Shown here piece by piece: positions 8,464 through 16,976 of a stretch of DNA of 64,000 bases. The notes beneath the pieces are model-generated. The model was not told the DNA's origin. It saw only the letters and a list, made by a program, of their open reading frames with translations, and did no database searches. The DNA is from Acidobacteriota bacterium (GTDB taxonomy: Bacteria; Acidobacteriota; Vicinamibacteria; Vicinamibacterales; JAFNAJ01). Location: NCBI GenBank assembly GCA_023384575.1, contig JAHDVP010000029.1, positions 4,900-68,899 on the forward strand, in the 5' to 3' direction. The first letter of the stretch is position 1. Every line of letters begins with the position of its first letter. The position numbers and the translations under genes were made by a program.

Positions 8464-9684
8464 GTGCCGCACCCCCATTCCGTGCCTGCCGAACGATCTC
8501 CGTCAGAGCCGCCTGGTGCCCCGCCGCTGCGGCTGATGTTCTGGGAGCTCACCAAGGCCTGCAACCTGCGTTGCCAGCACTGCCGGGCCATTCCGGAACT
8601 GTCGCGCTGTTCGGGCGAGCTGACGACGACGGAGGCCTTCGACCTCATCGACCAGATCAGTGAGATCACGCGTCCGGTCCTCATCCTTTCGGGCGGCGAG
8701 CCCCTGTATCGGCCGGACGTCTTCGAGATTGGCGCGTACGGCGTCGCCAAGGGGTTCCGTATGGCCCTGGCGACCAACGGCACGCTCGTTGACCGGGCCA
8801 TCGCGGCGCGCGTCCGTGAGGCCGGCTTCTCGCGGGTGTCCATCAGCCTCGATGGCGCGGAGGCCGTCACGCACGACCGGTTCCGCGGACTCCCAGGGTC
8901 GCACGCGCGGGCGCTCGAAGGCCTCCGGCACCTTCGGGCCGAAGGGGTGTCGGTTCAGATCAACTCGACGGTCGCGCGCCACAACGTCCACGAGCTGCCG
9001 GCGATGCTCGATCTCGCCACCAGCCTCGGCGCCGATGCGCTGCACATCTTCATGCTCGTGCCGGTCGGCTGCGGGGTCGAGCTGGCGGAACGAGAGATGC
9101 TGCCGACCGACGAATACGAGCGGGTGCTGCACTGGTTCTACGACCAGTCCAAGACGACCACGCTCGATCTCAAGGCCACCTGCGCGCCGCACTACTTCCG
9201 CGTGCGGGCGCAGCGCATCGTCGACGAGCGCCGGCAGGGCGATCGGTCGACGCCGTTCATCGCCCACGGCACGCGGATGCACGCCGCGCCCGACCCGGCC
9301 GGCGGCCGCCCGCTGTCGACGATGACGCGAGGCTGCCTGGCCGGCACTGCCGTGTGCTTCGTGTCGAACGAGGGGGAGATCTACCCCTGCGGCTACCTGC
9401 CCGTCAGCGCGGGCAACGTGCGTCGCGTCCGCTTTGCCGACATCTGGCGGTCGGCCAAGGTCTTCACGGATCTTCGCGACTACGACGCGCTCACGGGCAA
9501 GTGCGGCGAGTGCCGCTACACCGGGATCTGCGGGGGCTGCCGGGCACGCGCCTACGCCGATCACGGCGACTACCTCGCCGAGGAGCCCTACTGCAGCTAC
9601 GAACCGGCGCTCGACACGGTCTCGCCGGCGAAGGTCTGGCAGCCGGCCGGCGAGAATCGACTCGCGCACGGGCACCAGCGCTGA
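8464..9684 (+). CDS. radical SAM / SPASM-domain protein, AhbD/NirJ-like (putative heme or heme-d1 maturation)
   Basis: CNLRCQHC radical-SAM cluster motif; C-terminal Cys-rich CGECRYTGICGGCRARAY (SPASM-like). Start chosen at the GTG at 8464 (GGAGG 5 nt upstream). The ATG at 8536 is an alternative. The 8155 start in the ORF track looks like non-coding read-through. Confidence 0.75.
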   Translation: MPHPHSVPAERSPSEPPGAPPLRLMFWELTKACNLRCQHCRAIPELSRCSGELTTTEAFDLIDQISEITRPVLILSGGEPLYRPDVFEIGAYGVAKGFRMALATNGTLVDRAIAARVREAGFSRVSISLDGAEAVTHDRFRGLPGSHARALEGLRHLRAEGVSVQINSTVARHNVHELPAMLDLATSLGADALHIFMLVPVGCGVELAEREMLPTDEYERVLHWFYDQSKTTTLDLKATCAPHYFRVRAQRIVDERRQGDRSTPFIAHGTRMHAAPDPAGGRPLSTMTRGCLAGTAVCFVSNEGEIYPCGYLPVSAGNVRRVRFADIWRSAKVFTDLRDYDALTGKCGECRYTGICGGCRARAYADHGDYLAEEPYCSYEPALDTVSPAKVWQPAGENRLAHGHQR

Positions 9685-9752
9685 ACACACGGCTCGATCG
9701 GGGGTAGAATCGCGCGGGGCGGTGGTATGGCCGCCCCGAGCTGTCCCCGAGC

Positions 9753-11846
9753 ATGCCCAGTTCCCTTCGACTCCTCGTTGCGCCCGGACAGCGCCTGCCC
9801 GTCGACGCCCTTGCCCGGGCGCTCGAGGGACGCGGGTTCTCACCGATCGTGCAGGCGCTCGACACGACCGGCCCGCCGTTTGCCGCGACCGACGGGGTCC
9901 CCACCGTGCTGCTCGTGCCCGACCCGCCACCCCCCGGCGTGCAGTCGACGGTCGACGAGTTCCGGCGTCTGGGACTCGACTTGCTGACGGTGGCCGGCCG
10001 GGGATGGCCGGCCGGGTCGGACGGCGCGCGCCTCGAGCGCCTGCGCCACGGTCACCTCGTCGCCGACGCCGACCTGCCGCCCGGTCTCCTGGCGCTGATC
10101 GTCGATCAGGGTCTCCGCCTGGAGTCGGCGACGCGCCGCCAACATGAGATGGAGGCGGTGCTGGTCAGGAGGCGGCACCAGCAACAGGTCGTCGTGGAAC
10201 TCGGGCAGCAGGCGCTTGCCGCACGGGACGTCCACGAACTGATCGACCGCGGGCTCGACGCCGTGGCCGAGGCGCTCGGCGTGACGATGTCGGCCCTCGT
10301 GGAGCGGGTGCAAGGGTTCGATCTCCAGCTCCGGGCGGGCACGGGCTGGGCGGCCGGCGTGGTCGGGCGCCCCATCTCGGATGCGAGCTTCGAGTCGATG
10401 GTGGGTCTCGGGTTCAAGCGGGGGGAGCCCGTCGTCATCGAGGATGTGTCGTCGTGGGCTGGCGGTGTCGCGCCGCCGCTCCTGCGCCGGCACGGCATCG
10501 TGAGCCTCGCCCTCGCGGCCCTCCCGGGCCCGGATGGGCCCCTCGGCGTGCTGGTGGGGTGCGCCACCAGCCGGCAGACGTTCTCGCGCGAGGACGTGTA
10601 CTTCCTGCAGGCGACCGCCAACGTCCTTGCGGCGGCCATCGACCGTCGCGCCGCCGAGGACGGGCTGATCCAGAGTCAGATCCGGCTGCAGAGCGTGCAG
10701 AAGATGGAGGCGATCGGCCGGTTGGCTGGCGGTATCGCCCACGACTTCAACAACCTCGTGCAGGCCATCGGCGGGTACACCGAGATTCTCCTGAAGCGGC
10801 TGCCCGAGCACGATCCGCTGCATCGCCACGCCGAGGAGATCAAGAAGGCCGGTGACCGCGCGGCGGCGCTGACGCGGCAGCTCCTGGCGTTCAGCCGGCA
10901 GCAGGTCCTGCAGCCGAAGGTGCTGGCCCTCAACTCCGTCGTGCAGAACATCGAGCAGCTTCTGAGGCGGTTGATCGGCGAGGACATCGAGCTCGAGACC
11001 GAGCTCGAGGCCGACCTCGGGTCGGTCAGGGCCGATGCCGCGCAGCTCGAGCAGGTCCTGATGAACCTCGCGGTCAACGCGCGCGACGCGATGCCAGACG
11101 GGGGAACACTGACCATCGAGACCCGCAACGTCGTGTTGACCAAGGCCGACCAGCGAGAGGCCTTCGCCATCAAGACCGGGCCCTATGTCATGCTCGCCGT
11201 GTCGGACACCGGCGTCGGCATGTCACCGGACACCCGGGCGCGGGCCTTCGAGCCCTTCTTCACGACGAAGGCTCCGGGCCAGGGGACAGGGCTCGGCCTG
11301 TCGACCGTCTACGGCGTCGTGAAGCAGAGCGATGGGTACATCTGGGTCGACAGCGAGCCCGAGATGGGCACGCGGGTGCGAATCTACCTGCCACGGGTCG
11401 ACGCCGCGCCCGATCCGACCGAAATCCGCCGCCGGGGGCCTGCGGTGGCCGTGCCGAGGGGCCACGAGACGCTCCTGCTCGTCGAAGACGAGGAAGGTGT
11501 GCGCGAGCTCATCCGGGAGTGGATGGGTGGACACGGCTATACGGTCTTGACGGCCGCGCACGGCAACGAGGCGCTCCAACGGGCCACGTCCTACGACGGT
11601 CCCATCCATCTCCTGATCGCCGACGTGGTGATGCCCCAGATGGGTGGCCCCGCCCTCGCACAGGCGCTCCAGCCGCTCCGCCCGGAGATGCGCATCATCT
11701 ACGTGTCCGGGTACGCCGACGAGGCCATCGGCGACCCCAGGGTGCTCGAGGCCGGGGCGGCCTTTCTCCAGAAGCCGTTCACGCTCGACAGCCTGCTCAG
11801 GAAGGTCCGGGAGATCCTCGACGCGGCCGGCGAGACCGGGCGCTGA
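9753..11846 (+). CDS. hybrid sensor histidine kinase (N-terminal region + GAF + HisKA + HATPase + C-terminal receiver)
   Basis: H-box IAHDFNNLVQAIGGYTEILL; N/G boxes (LMNLAVNARDAMPDGG, DTGVGM, GQGTGLGLS). C-terminal receiver ETLLLVEDEEGVRELI...LLIADVVMPQMGG...KPF. Confidence 0.9.
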   Translation: MPSSLRLLVAPGQRLPVDALARALEGRGFSPIVQALDTTGPPFAATDGVPTVLLVPDPPPPGVQSTVDEFRRLGLDLLTVAGRGWPAGSDGARLERLRHGHLVADADLPPGLLALIVDQGLRLESATRRQHEMEAVLVRRRHQQQVVVELGQQALAARDVHELIDRGLDAVAEALGVTMSALVERVQGFDLQLRAGTGWAAGVVGRPISDASFESMVGLGFKRGEPVVIEDVSSWAGGVAPPLLRRHGIVSLALAALPGPDGPLGVLVGCATSRQTFSREDVYFLQATANVLAAAIDRRAAEDGLIQSQIRLQSVQKMEAIGRLAGGIAHDFNNLVQAIGGYTEILLKRLPEHDPLHRHAEEIKKAGDRAAALTRQLLAFSRQQVLQPKVLALNSVVQNIEQLLRRLIGEDIELETELEADLGSVRADAAQLEQVLMNLAVNARDAMPDGGTLTIETRNVVLTKADQREAFAIKTGPYVMLAVSDTGVGMSPDTRARAFEPFFTTKAPGQGTGLGLSTVYGVVKQSDGYIWVDSEPEMGTRVRIYLPRVDAAPDPTEIRRRGPAVAVPRGHETLLLVEDEEGVRELIREWMGGHGYTVLTAAHGNEALQRATSYDGPIHLLIADVVMPQMGGPALAQALQPLRPEMRIIYVSGYADEAIGDPRVLEAGAAFLQKPFTLDSLLRKVREILDAAGETGR

Positions 11847-11890
11847 GCAGCCGCGCGTCGACCGACCGCTCCGCCAGCGCGGGTCGTCGT

Positions 11891-12760
11891 CTACGTGAGG
11901 ATCTTCCGTGCGATCTCGAAGAGACCGGGTGCCCGCTCGTCGAGCATCGCCAGCCAGGCCGCGTCGATGCCGAGCTCCTCGCAGACCGGGTCGTCGAGGA
12001 TGTCTGCCTGGTCGACGTCGCAGCCGAACCCGTAGCGGTGGGCCAGCCGGTTGGCCGCGTACGCGACCGCCGTCTCGCGGCGCTGCGAGGGCGCTGCCGT
12101 GTACTCGTGGTGGTAGACGACCGGGGCTTCGAGCGACGAGGGGAGCCGCCACCGCCGCAGCGCGAGGCCTCCCATGGCCGCGTGTCTCTCGAGGATCGCG
12201 AGCTCGACGATCGCATCGGGGAGGGGAGTGCCGGTGCGTCGGCGGTGGTCGTGGGCGAGCTTGAGGATGACCAGCTTCCCGATGTCGTGCAGGAGGCCGC
12301 ACAGAAACGCCTCGTCCTGGCCGACGCGCACGCGCTCCGCGAGCAGCCGGGCGACGTAGGCCGTACCGATCGCGTGGTCGACGAGCTGGCCTCCGCGTCC
12401 GCCGTACACCGCGGGGTCGTGCATGCGCGAGGTGAAGCACACGGTGACGACGACGTTGCGGATGGCCGAGGTCCCGAGCCGGACGATGGCCTCGTGGACC
12501 GTCGAGATCTCCTGGAGGGGCGCGCTGAAGGCCGAGTTCGCGAGCCCCAGCACGCGGGAGGCGATAACCTGCTCTTTCGAGACCAGGGCCGACAGGCGCG
12601 AGATCGACACGTCGGGATCGGAGGCGAGCTCGATCACCTGGTGCGCGAGCGCCGGGAGCATCGGGACGACGAGGTCGTCGGTCGTCAGCCAGCCGAAGAG
12701 GTCGTCGGGCGGCAGGGCCGCGTCCGCGACGATCTCGGGGGCGGTGTGGGGATCGGGCAC
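11891..12760 (-). CDS. HDOD domain protein
   Basis: Typical HDOD pattern: LPMLPALAHQVIELASDPDVSISRLSALVSKEQVIASRVLGLANSAF...LLHDIGKLV. Last gene of the cheY-cheX operon. Confidence 0.85.
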   Translation of the reverse strand: MPDPHTAPEIVADAALPPDDLFGWLTTDDLVVPMLPALAHQVIELASDPDVSISRLSALVSKEQVIASRVLGLANSAFSAPLQEISTVHEAIVRLGTSAIRNVVVTVCFTSRMHDPAVYGGRGGQLVDHAIGTAYVARLLAERVRVGQDEAFLCGLLHDIGKLVILKLAHDHRRRTGTPLPDAIVELAILERHAAMGGLALRRWRLPSSLEAPVVYHHEYTAAPSQRRETAVAYAANRLAHRYGFGCDVDQADILDDPVCEELGIDAAWLAMLDERAPGLFEIARKILT

Positions 12761-12797
12761 AGCGGTCTCCAGGGGCGTCGCGCGCCAGCGCGCGGCC

Positions 12798-13259
12798 TCA
12801 GCTCGTCACGATGAGCTCGACGAAGATCTCGTGGTCGTCCATCCTGAACGGCAGCAGGATCCGCCGACCGCGCGTCATCGGCTTGATGTAGAAGTCCGAG
12901 CCCATGGTCACCGTCGGGATCGAGATCGCCCACACGTCACCTTCTTCGGCCATGCGCGTCCTGAACGACCCGGCGATCATGTTCGTGATCTCGCCGATGG
13001 CGTCGGGCACCTCGCCGTTGACCTCCTCGGGAGGCTGACCGAGCATCGCCCCGGCGATCTCTCGTGCGGCGTCGAGCGTGCTGTAGAACGCCACGAGTCC
13101 GGTCGACGACCCCGCGAATCCGATGGTGCCGACGACGTTCGACCCCGGACGAAGCGCCTCGCCTTCGATGGGCAGTCCGCGCATCAGGCTCCGGAACACC
13201 ATGGTCGCGAAGACCTCTTCGGTCGAGGCGACGAGCTTGTCAACGAACACAGGACTCAC
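12798..13259 (-). CDS. cheX: CheX-type chemotaxis (CheY-P) phosphatase
   Basis: 153 aa with CheX-like pattern: VVGTIGFAGSSTGLVAFY...AREIAGAMLG...VPDAIGEITNMIAGSF. Sits directly downstream of cheY. Confidence 0.75.
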   Translation of the reverse strand: MSPVFVDKLVASTEEVFATMVFRSLMRGLPIEGEALRPGSNVVGTIGFAGSSTGLVAFYSTLDAAREIAGAMLGQPPEEVNGEVPDAIGEITNMIAGSFRTRMAEEGDVWAISIPTVTMGSDFYIKPMTRGRRILLPFRMDDHEIFVELIVTS

Positions 13260-13295
13260 GGCAGGTCCTCCTGCAAGAAGCCGACCTCGAGCGCC

Positions 13296-13661
13296 CTACT
13301 TTGCCAGGACGGCGTCGATCTTCTCCTTGATCGTGTCGGGCGTGAACGGCTTGACGACGTAGTTGCTGACCCCCGCCCGCAGGGCCTCGGCGACGTCATC
13401 CTTGGCGGCGTTGGTCGTGACCATGAGGACCGGCAAGTGGGCGCAGGTCTCCATCGTGCGCACCGTGCGGATGAACTCGATGCCGCTCATCTCGGGCATG
13501 TTCCAGTCGGTCACGATCAGGTCCACCTTGGTGGCCGTGAGTTTCTCGATGCCCTCGCGGCCGTTGCCCGCTTCGACGAACTCCTGGTATCCGAGCTTAC
13601 TGAGCGTGTTGATGATGATGCGGCGCATCGTGGACGAGTCATCAACGATCAGAAATCGCAT
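13296..13661 (-). CDS. cheY: single-domain response regulator CheY
   Basis: Internal ATG of ORF 13296..14162. MRFLIVDDSSTMRRII...LIVTDWNMPEMSGIEF...VVKPFTPDTIKEKI, 121 aa. Confidence 0.9.
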   Translation of the reverse strand: MRFLIVDDSSTMRRIIINTLSKLGYQEFVEAGNGREGIEKLTATKVDLIVTDWNMPEMSGIEFIRTVRTMETCAHLPVLMVTTNAAKDDVAEALRAGVSNYVVKPFTPDTIKEKIDAVLAK

Positions 13662-13720
13662 GGGGCGGCTCCGAGGGATGTAAACTGGCGACCGGTGGAC
13701 GTGACGTCCAGCCGAGGGAG

Positions 13721-13748
13721 TAATCGGCGTCGGCGGGGCCGCACTTGA
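13721..13748 (-). promoter_or_regulatory. candidate sigma-28 promoter for cheY-cheX-HDOD
   Basis: Minus strand reads TCAA-N16-GCCGATTA compared with consensus TAAA-N15-GCCGATAA. The -10 element is good and the -35 element is weak. Lies about 60 nt upstream of the cheY ATG. Confidence 0.35.
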
Positions 13749-13821
13749 GTCTTCGTGAGCGGCGTCGCACACGGGAGATGGCCGCGGCGACACGTCGCGC
13801 GGACGCAGGGCGGAGGGCGGG

Positions 13822-14616
13822 ATGTCGAGGGAAGGTGGCCGTTCGGATCTACTGGCGAGAGGCCTCAAGGCCCGGGCGGCGGAACGGGAGCTGACGTTCG
13901 ACGATCTCACGTATCTGAACCGGATGACGACCGTGGGGCAGGTCCTGCCGAACGTCGCGCACGAGCTGAACAACGGCTTCCAGGTGATCGGCGGCCTCGT
14001 CGAGATGCTGGCGAGTCGTGGCGACCTGCCGCCGGATGTCGTCGACAAGGTGGGCCGGATTGGCGCGCAGGTGGCGCGTGCGACCGGACTCGTCCAGGAG
14101 ATTGTGGCTTTCGCGCGCCGCGATGGGGCCGGCATCGGTCTGGTGGACCTCGCCAAGGTCATCGACCGGACACTCGCGATGCGCCGCTACCACCTGGCCC
14201 GTGCGCGGATTGCCGTTCACGTCGAAGCGGGACGCCCGGGGGAGTCGTTCGTGCGCGCCGACGGGCACCACCTGCAGCAGTTGCTGCTCAACCTGCTCGT
14301 CAACGCCGAGCAGTCGCTCGGGGGGCGCGAGGCCCCAGCGATCTCCGTGCGCGTGAACGGGGACGAAGGGTGGGTCGAGTTGGCCGTGACGGACAACGGC
14401 GCGGGCATGGAGGGGCCGCTCTGCGATCTCGCGCGTCAGCCCTTCTTCACCACCCGAGGCGGAGGCGCGGCGGGGCTGGGGCTCTCGGTGGCGGTGGCGC
14501 TCGCGGAACACGAGGGCGGCCGGCTCACGCTCGACAGCCAGCCCGGCCACGGCACGACGGTCAAGCTGCGTCTGCCGCGGGCGCGCCCGGCCGAGGAACG
14601 CCCGTTAGAAGGGTAG
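13822..14616 (+). CDS. soluble sensor histidine kinase (HisKA + HATPase, no TM segments)
   Basis: H-box VAHELNNGFQVIGGLVEML; N box LLLNLLVNAEQS; G boxes DNGAGM and AAGLGLSV. Its stop is 9 nt from the stop of the convergent sigma-54 activator gene. Confidence 0.85.
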   Translation: MSREGGRSDLLARGLKARAAERELTFDDLTYLNRMTTVGQVLPNVAHELNNGFQVIGGLVEMLASRGDLPPDVVDKVGRIGAQVARATGLVQEIVAFARRDGAGIGLVDLAKVIDRTLAMRRYHLARARIAVHVEAGRPGESFVRADGHHLQQLLLNLLVNAEQSLGGREAPAISVRVNGDEGWVELAVTDNGAGMEGPLCDLARQPFFTTRGGGAAGLGLSVAVALAEHEGGRLTLDSQPGHGTTVKLRLPRARPAEERPLEG

Positions 14617-14625
14617 GACCGGTCG

Positions 14626-16038
14626 TCAGGCGGTGGCGGGCTGCTCGTCGGCGAGGTTCAACCGGTGCAGCTTGTCGATGAGCGTGGTCCGGCTCAGCTG
14701 GAGCAGGCGGGCCGCCTGTCGCTTGTTGCCGCCCGTCTTCTCGAGACACCGCAGGATCAGCTCGCGTTCGAGCTGCGAAACCACCGAGGTGAAGCTGATG
14801 CCCTCGTCGGGGATCGCGACGGCCGGAAGCAGCAGCGACCCGCCGGGCTGGGCGATGTCCTCCGGGAGGCTCGTGGGGCGAATCTCCTTCTCCTGGCCGG
14901 TCAGGGCGACGGCGTGCTCGATGGCGTTCTCGAGTTGGCGGATGTTCCCGGGCCAGGAGTAGCTCATCAGGGCCCGGATCGTGTCCTGCGTCAGCGTCCG
15001 AAGCGGCAGGTTGTTGTTGCGGCACGACTTCTGCACGAAATGGCGGGCGAGCAGCGGGATGTCCTCGCGGCGATCCCGCAAGGGCGGCAACGTCAGCGGA
15101 ATCACGTTCAGCCGATAGTACAGATCCTCGCGGAACGCGCCGTCCTTCACCAGCTTGCGCAGGTCGGTGTTGGTCGCAGCGACGATCCTGGCATCGAACT
15201 TGATAGGACGGGATTCGCCGACCCGCTCGATCTCGCGTTCCTGCAGGGCGCGAAGCAGCTTCGCCTGGAGGGGCAGCGGCATCAGCGCCACTTCGTCGAT
15301 GAAGAGCGTGCCGCGGTGGGCGAGCTCGAAGCGACCGATGCGCGCGGCGATCGCCCCGGTGAACGCCCCCTTCGAATGGCCGAAGAGTTCGGCCTCGGCA
15401 AGCGGTTCGGGAATCGCCGCCGCGTTGAAGGCGACGAACCGCTGGTCGGCACGCGGGCTGTTGTGATGAATCGTCCTCGCGATGAGCTCCTTGCCCGTGC
15501 CGGTCTCGCCGTGAATGAGCACGGTGCTGTTCATCGGCGCGACCAGTTCCAGCGTCGAGAACACCTGCTGCATTGGCGCGCTCTGGCCGATGACGCTGTC
15601 GAAACGGTAGCGGTCGCGCAGCTGGGCCCGCAGCTCGGCGTTCTCCTGCTTCAGCCGCCGCTGATCCAGACCGCTCGACAGCACCCGCGACAACTGCGCG
15701 AGCTGGAACGGCTTGATGAGGAAATCGATGGCCCCTCGCTTCATGGCGGCGACCGCTTCGGCGACACCGCCAAAGCCGGTCATCATGACCGCCAGCACCT
15801 CCGGGTAGCGCGTGAGTGCCGCGTCGAGCACCTCCATCCCGTCGGCGTCGGGCAGGCGCAGGTCGATGACGAGCGCGTCGTAGGCGAACGACTTCAGCCG
15901 TTCGAGGGCCTCGGCCGCATCGGCGGCCTGCGCGACCACGAACCCGTCGTTCGTGAGGGCCTCGGCCACCAGCGTGCGAAGATCGGCCTCGTCGTCGACC
16001 ACGAGCACCGTGGACTGCATCTGCGAGTTGAGAGCCAT
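14626..16038 (-). CDS. sigma-54-dependent response regulator (NtrC/FleR/FlrC/FlgR class: receiver + AAA+ + Fis-type HTH)
   Basis: Internal ATG of ORF 14626..16401. Receiver VLVVDDEADL...LVIDLRLPDADG; Walker A GETGTGKE; GAFTGA motif; C-terminal HTH GGNKRQAARLLQLSRTTLIDKL. Confidence 0.9.
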   Translation of the reverse strand: MALNSQMQSTVLVVDDEADLRTLVAEALTNDGFVVAQAADAAEALERLKSFAYDALVIDLRLPDADGMEVLDAALTRYPEVLAVMMTGFGGVAEAVAAMKRGAIDFLIKPFQLAQLSRVLSSGLDQRRLKQENAELRAQLRDRYRFDSVIGQSAPMQQVFSTLELVAPMNSTVLIHGETGTGKELIARTIHHNSPRADQRFVAFNAAAIPEPLAEAELFGHSKGAFTGAIAARIGRFELAHRGTLFIDEVALMPLPLQAKLLRALQEREIERVGESRPIKFDARIVAATNTDLRKLVKDGAFREDLYYRLNVIPLTLPPLRDRREDIPLLARHFVQKSCRNNNLPLRTLTQDTIRALMSYSWPGNIRQLENAIEHAVALTGQEKEIRPTSLPEDIAQPGGSLLLPAVAIPDEGISFTSVVSQLERELILRCLEKTGGNKRQAARLLQLSRTTLIDKLHRLNLADEQPATA

Positions 16039-16126
16039 AGACGCCAGGGGAAGGGAGCCGGAAAACCGTCCATCGAGGCGGGGGAGCACCACCTCTCGCC
16101 GTCCAAAGTCAAGGCATTGTACTCGA

Positions 16127-16168
16127 AATCGGCCACGGGTGGTCCAGAAAATGTCCACGTGGCCGATT
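16127..16168. promoter_or_regulatory. 11-bp perfect inverted repeat (possible operator) in a divergent promoter region
   Basis: AATCGGCCACG (16127-16137) and CGTGGCCGATT (16158-16168) are separated by 20 nt. The repeat sits in the locally AT-richer spacer between the sigma-54 activator gene and the orphan receiver gene. Confidence 0.4.
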
Positions 16169-16206
16169 ATCCGACATAGGTCTCCGGTGTCCGCCCAGGC
16201 CCGCCC

Positions 16207-16764
16207 ATGACGAACCTCTCCCCGCCGCTCGCCCCCTTCGACGTCCTCGTCGTCGACGATGAGCCTGATGTGCTGGACCTGCTGGCCGAGTACTTCCGGA
16301 ATCGTGGGCTTCCCGTCACCGTCGCGACCGACGGACGTGCCGCGGTGGCCGAGCTGGCGCGCGACCCCTCGCGCTTCGGCCTCGTTGTGACCGACTTGCA
16401 CCTGCCGGGTGTCGACGGCCTGGCCGTCCTCGAGGCCGCGCGACGAGCCAACCCGTCGTGCTTCGTGATCATCATCACGGGCTACGCCTCTCTCGACTCA
16501 GCCATCCAGGCCGTCCGCCTCGGGGCCTACGACTACCTGACCAAACCGTTCTCGCTCGGCCAGATCGACATCGTCCTCGAGCGCCTGCACGACCGGCTGG
16601 CGCTCGAGCGGGAGAACCGGCGGCTGCTCAAGCAAATCGGGCAGCGCGACCCGGCCGAAGCCCGTACGCCGGTGCTCGCCCGTCTCGACAGCATCGACGC
16701 CCGGCTCGCCCGCCTCGAAGCGGCGCTCCGGGAACTCGCCGAGCGCCGCACGTTCCCTTCGTGA
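16207..16764 (+). CDS. response regulator receiver protein with C-terminal coiled-coil and no recognisable output domain
   Basis: VLVVDDEPDVLDLL...LVVTDLHLPGVDG...LTKPFSLGQI, followed by a heptad-like tail. Confidence 0.85.
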   Translation: MTNLSPPLAPFDVLVVDDEPDVLDLLAEYFRNRGLPVTVATDGRAAVAELARDPSRFGLVVTDLHLPGVDGLAVLEAARRANPSCFVIIITGYASLDSAIQAVRLGAYDYLTKPFSLGQIDIVLERLHDRLALERENRRLLKQIGQRDPAEARTPVLARLDSIDARLARLEAALRELAERRTFPS

Positions 16765-16895
16765 AGGTGCCCGCAGCCGCGCCTTGGGCGAAGTCGACGA
16801 CCCCCCGGCGGGGGTGTCGGTCTGCCGACGACATCCACGAGGGCAGAATCTGGCCAGTTTCGCGGATTTCACCCGGAATCCGCGTTCCCGCCGCC

Positions 16896-16910
16896 GGGCA
16901 CCCTTCTTGC
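16896..16910 (+). promoter_or_regulatory. sigma-54 (-24/-12) promoter upstream of flgB
   Basis: GGGCAC-CCTTC-TTGC(T); GG at 16897-16898 and GC at 16909-16910 with 10-nt spacing. Lies 67 nt upstream of the flgB ATG. Confidence 0.55.
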
Positions 16911-16976
16911 TCCCCGGCTTGATGGTTCCGGTCGGACGGATCATCGACCGCCGACTGCGAATCTTGAGGGTCCGCG

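Noticed and set aside
16162-16169. GCCGATTA about 38 nt upstream of the orphan receiver gene, considered as a sigma-28 promoter
   Set aside because: The nearest A-rich block (GAAA, 16147-16150) is only 11 nt away and the position at N15 reads TCCA. The element is better explained as one arm of the 11-bp inverted repeat.
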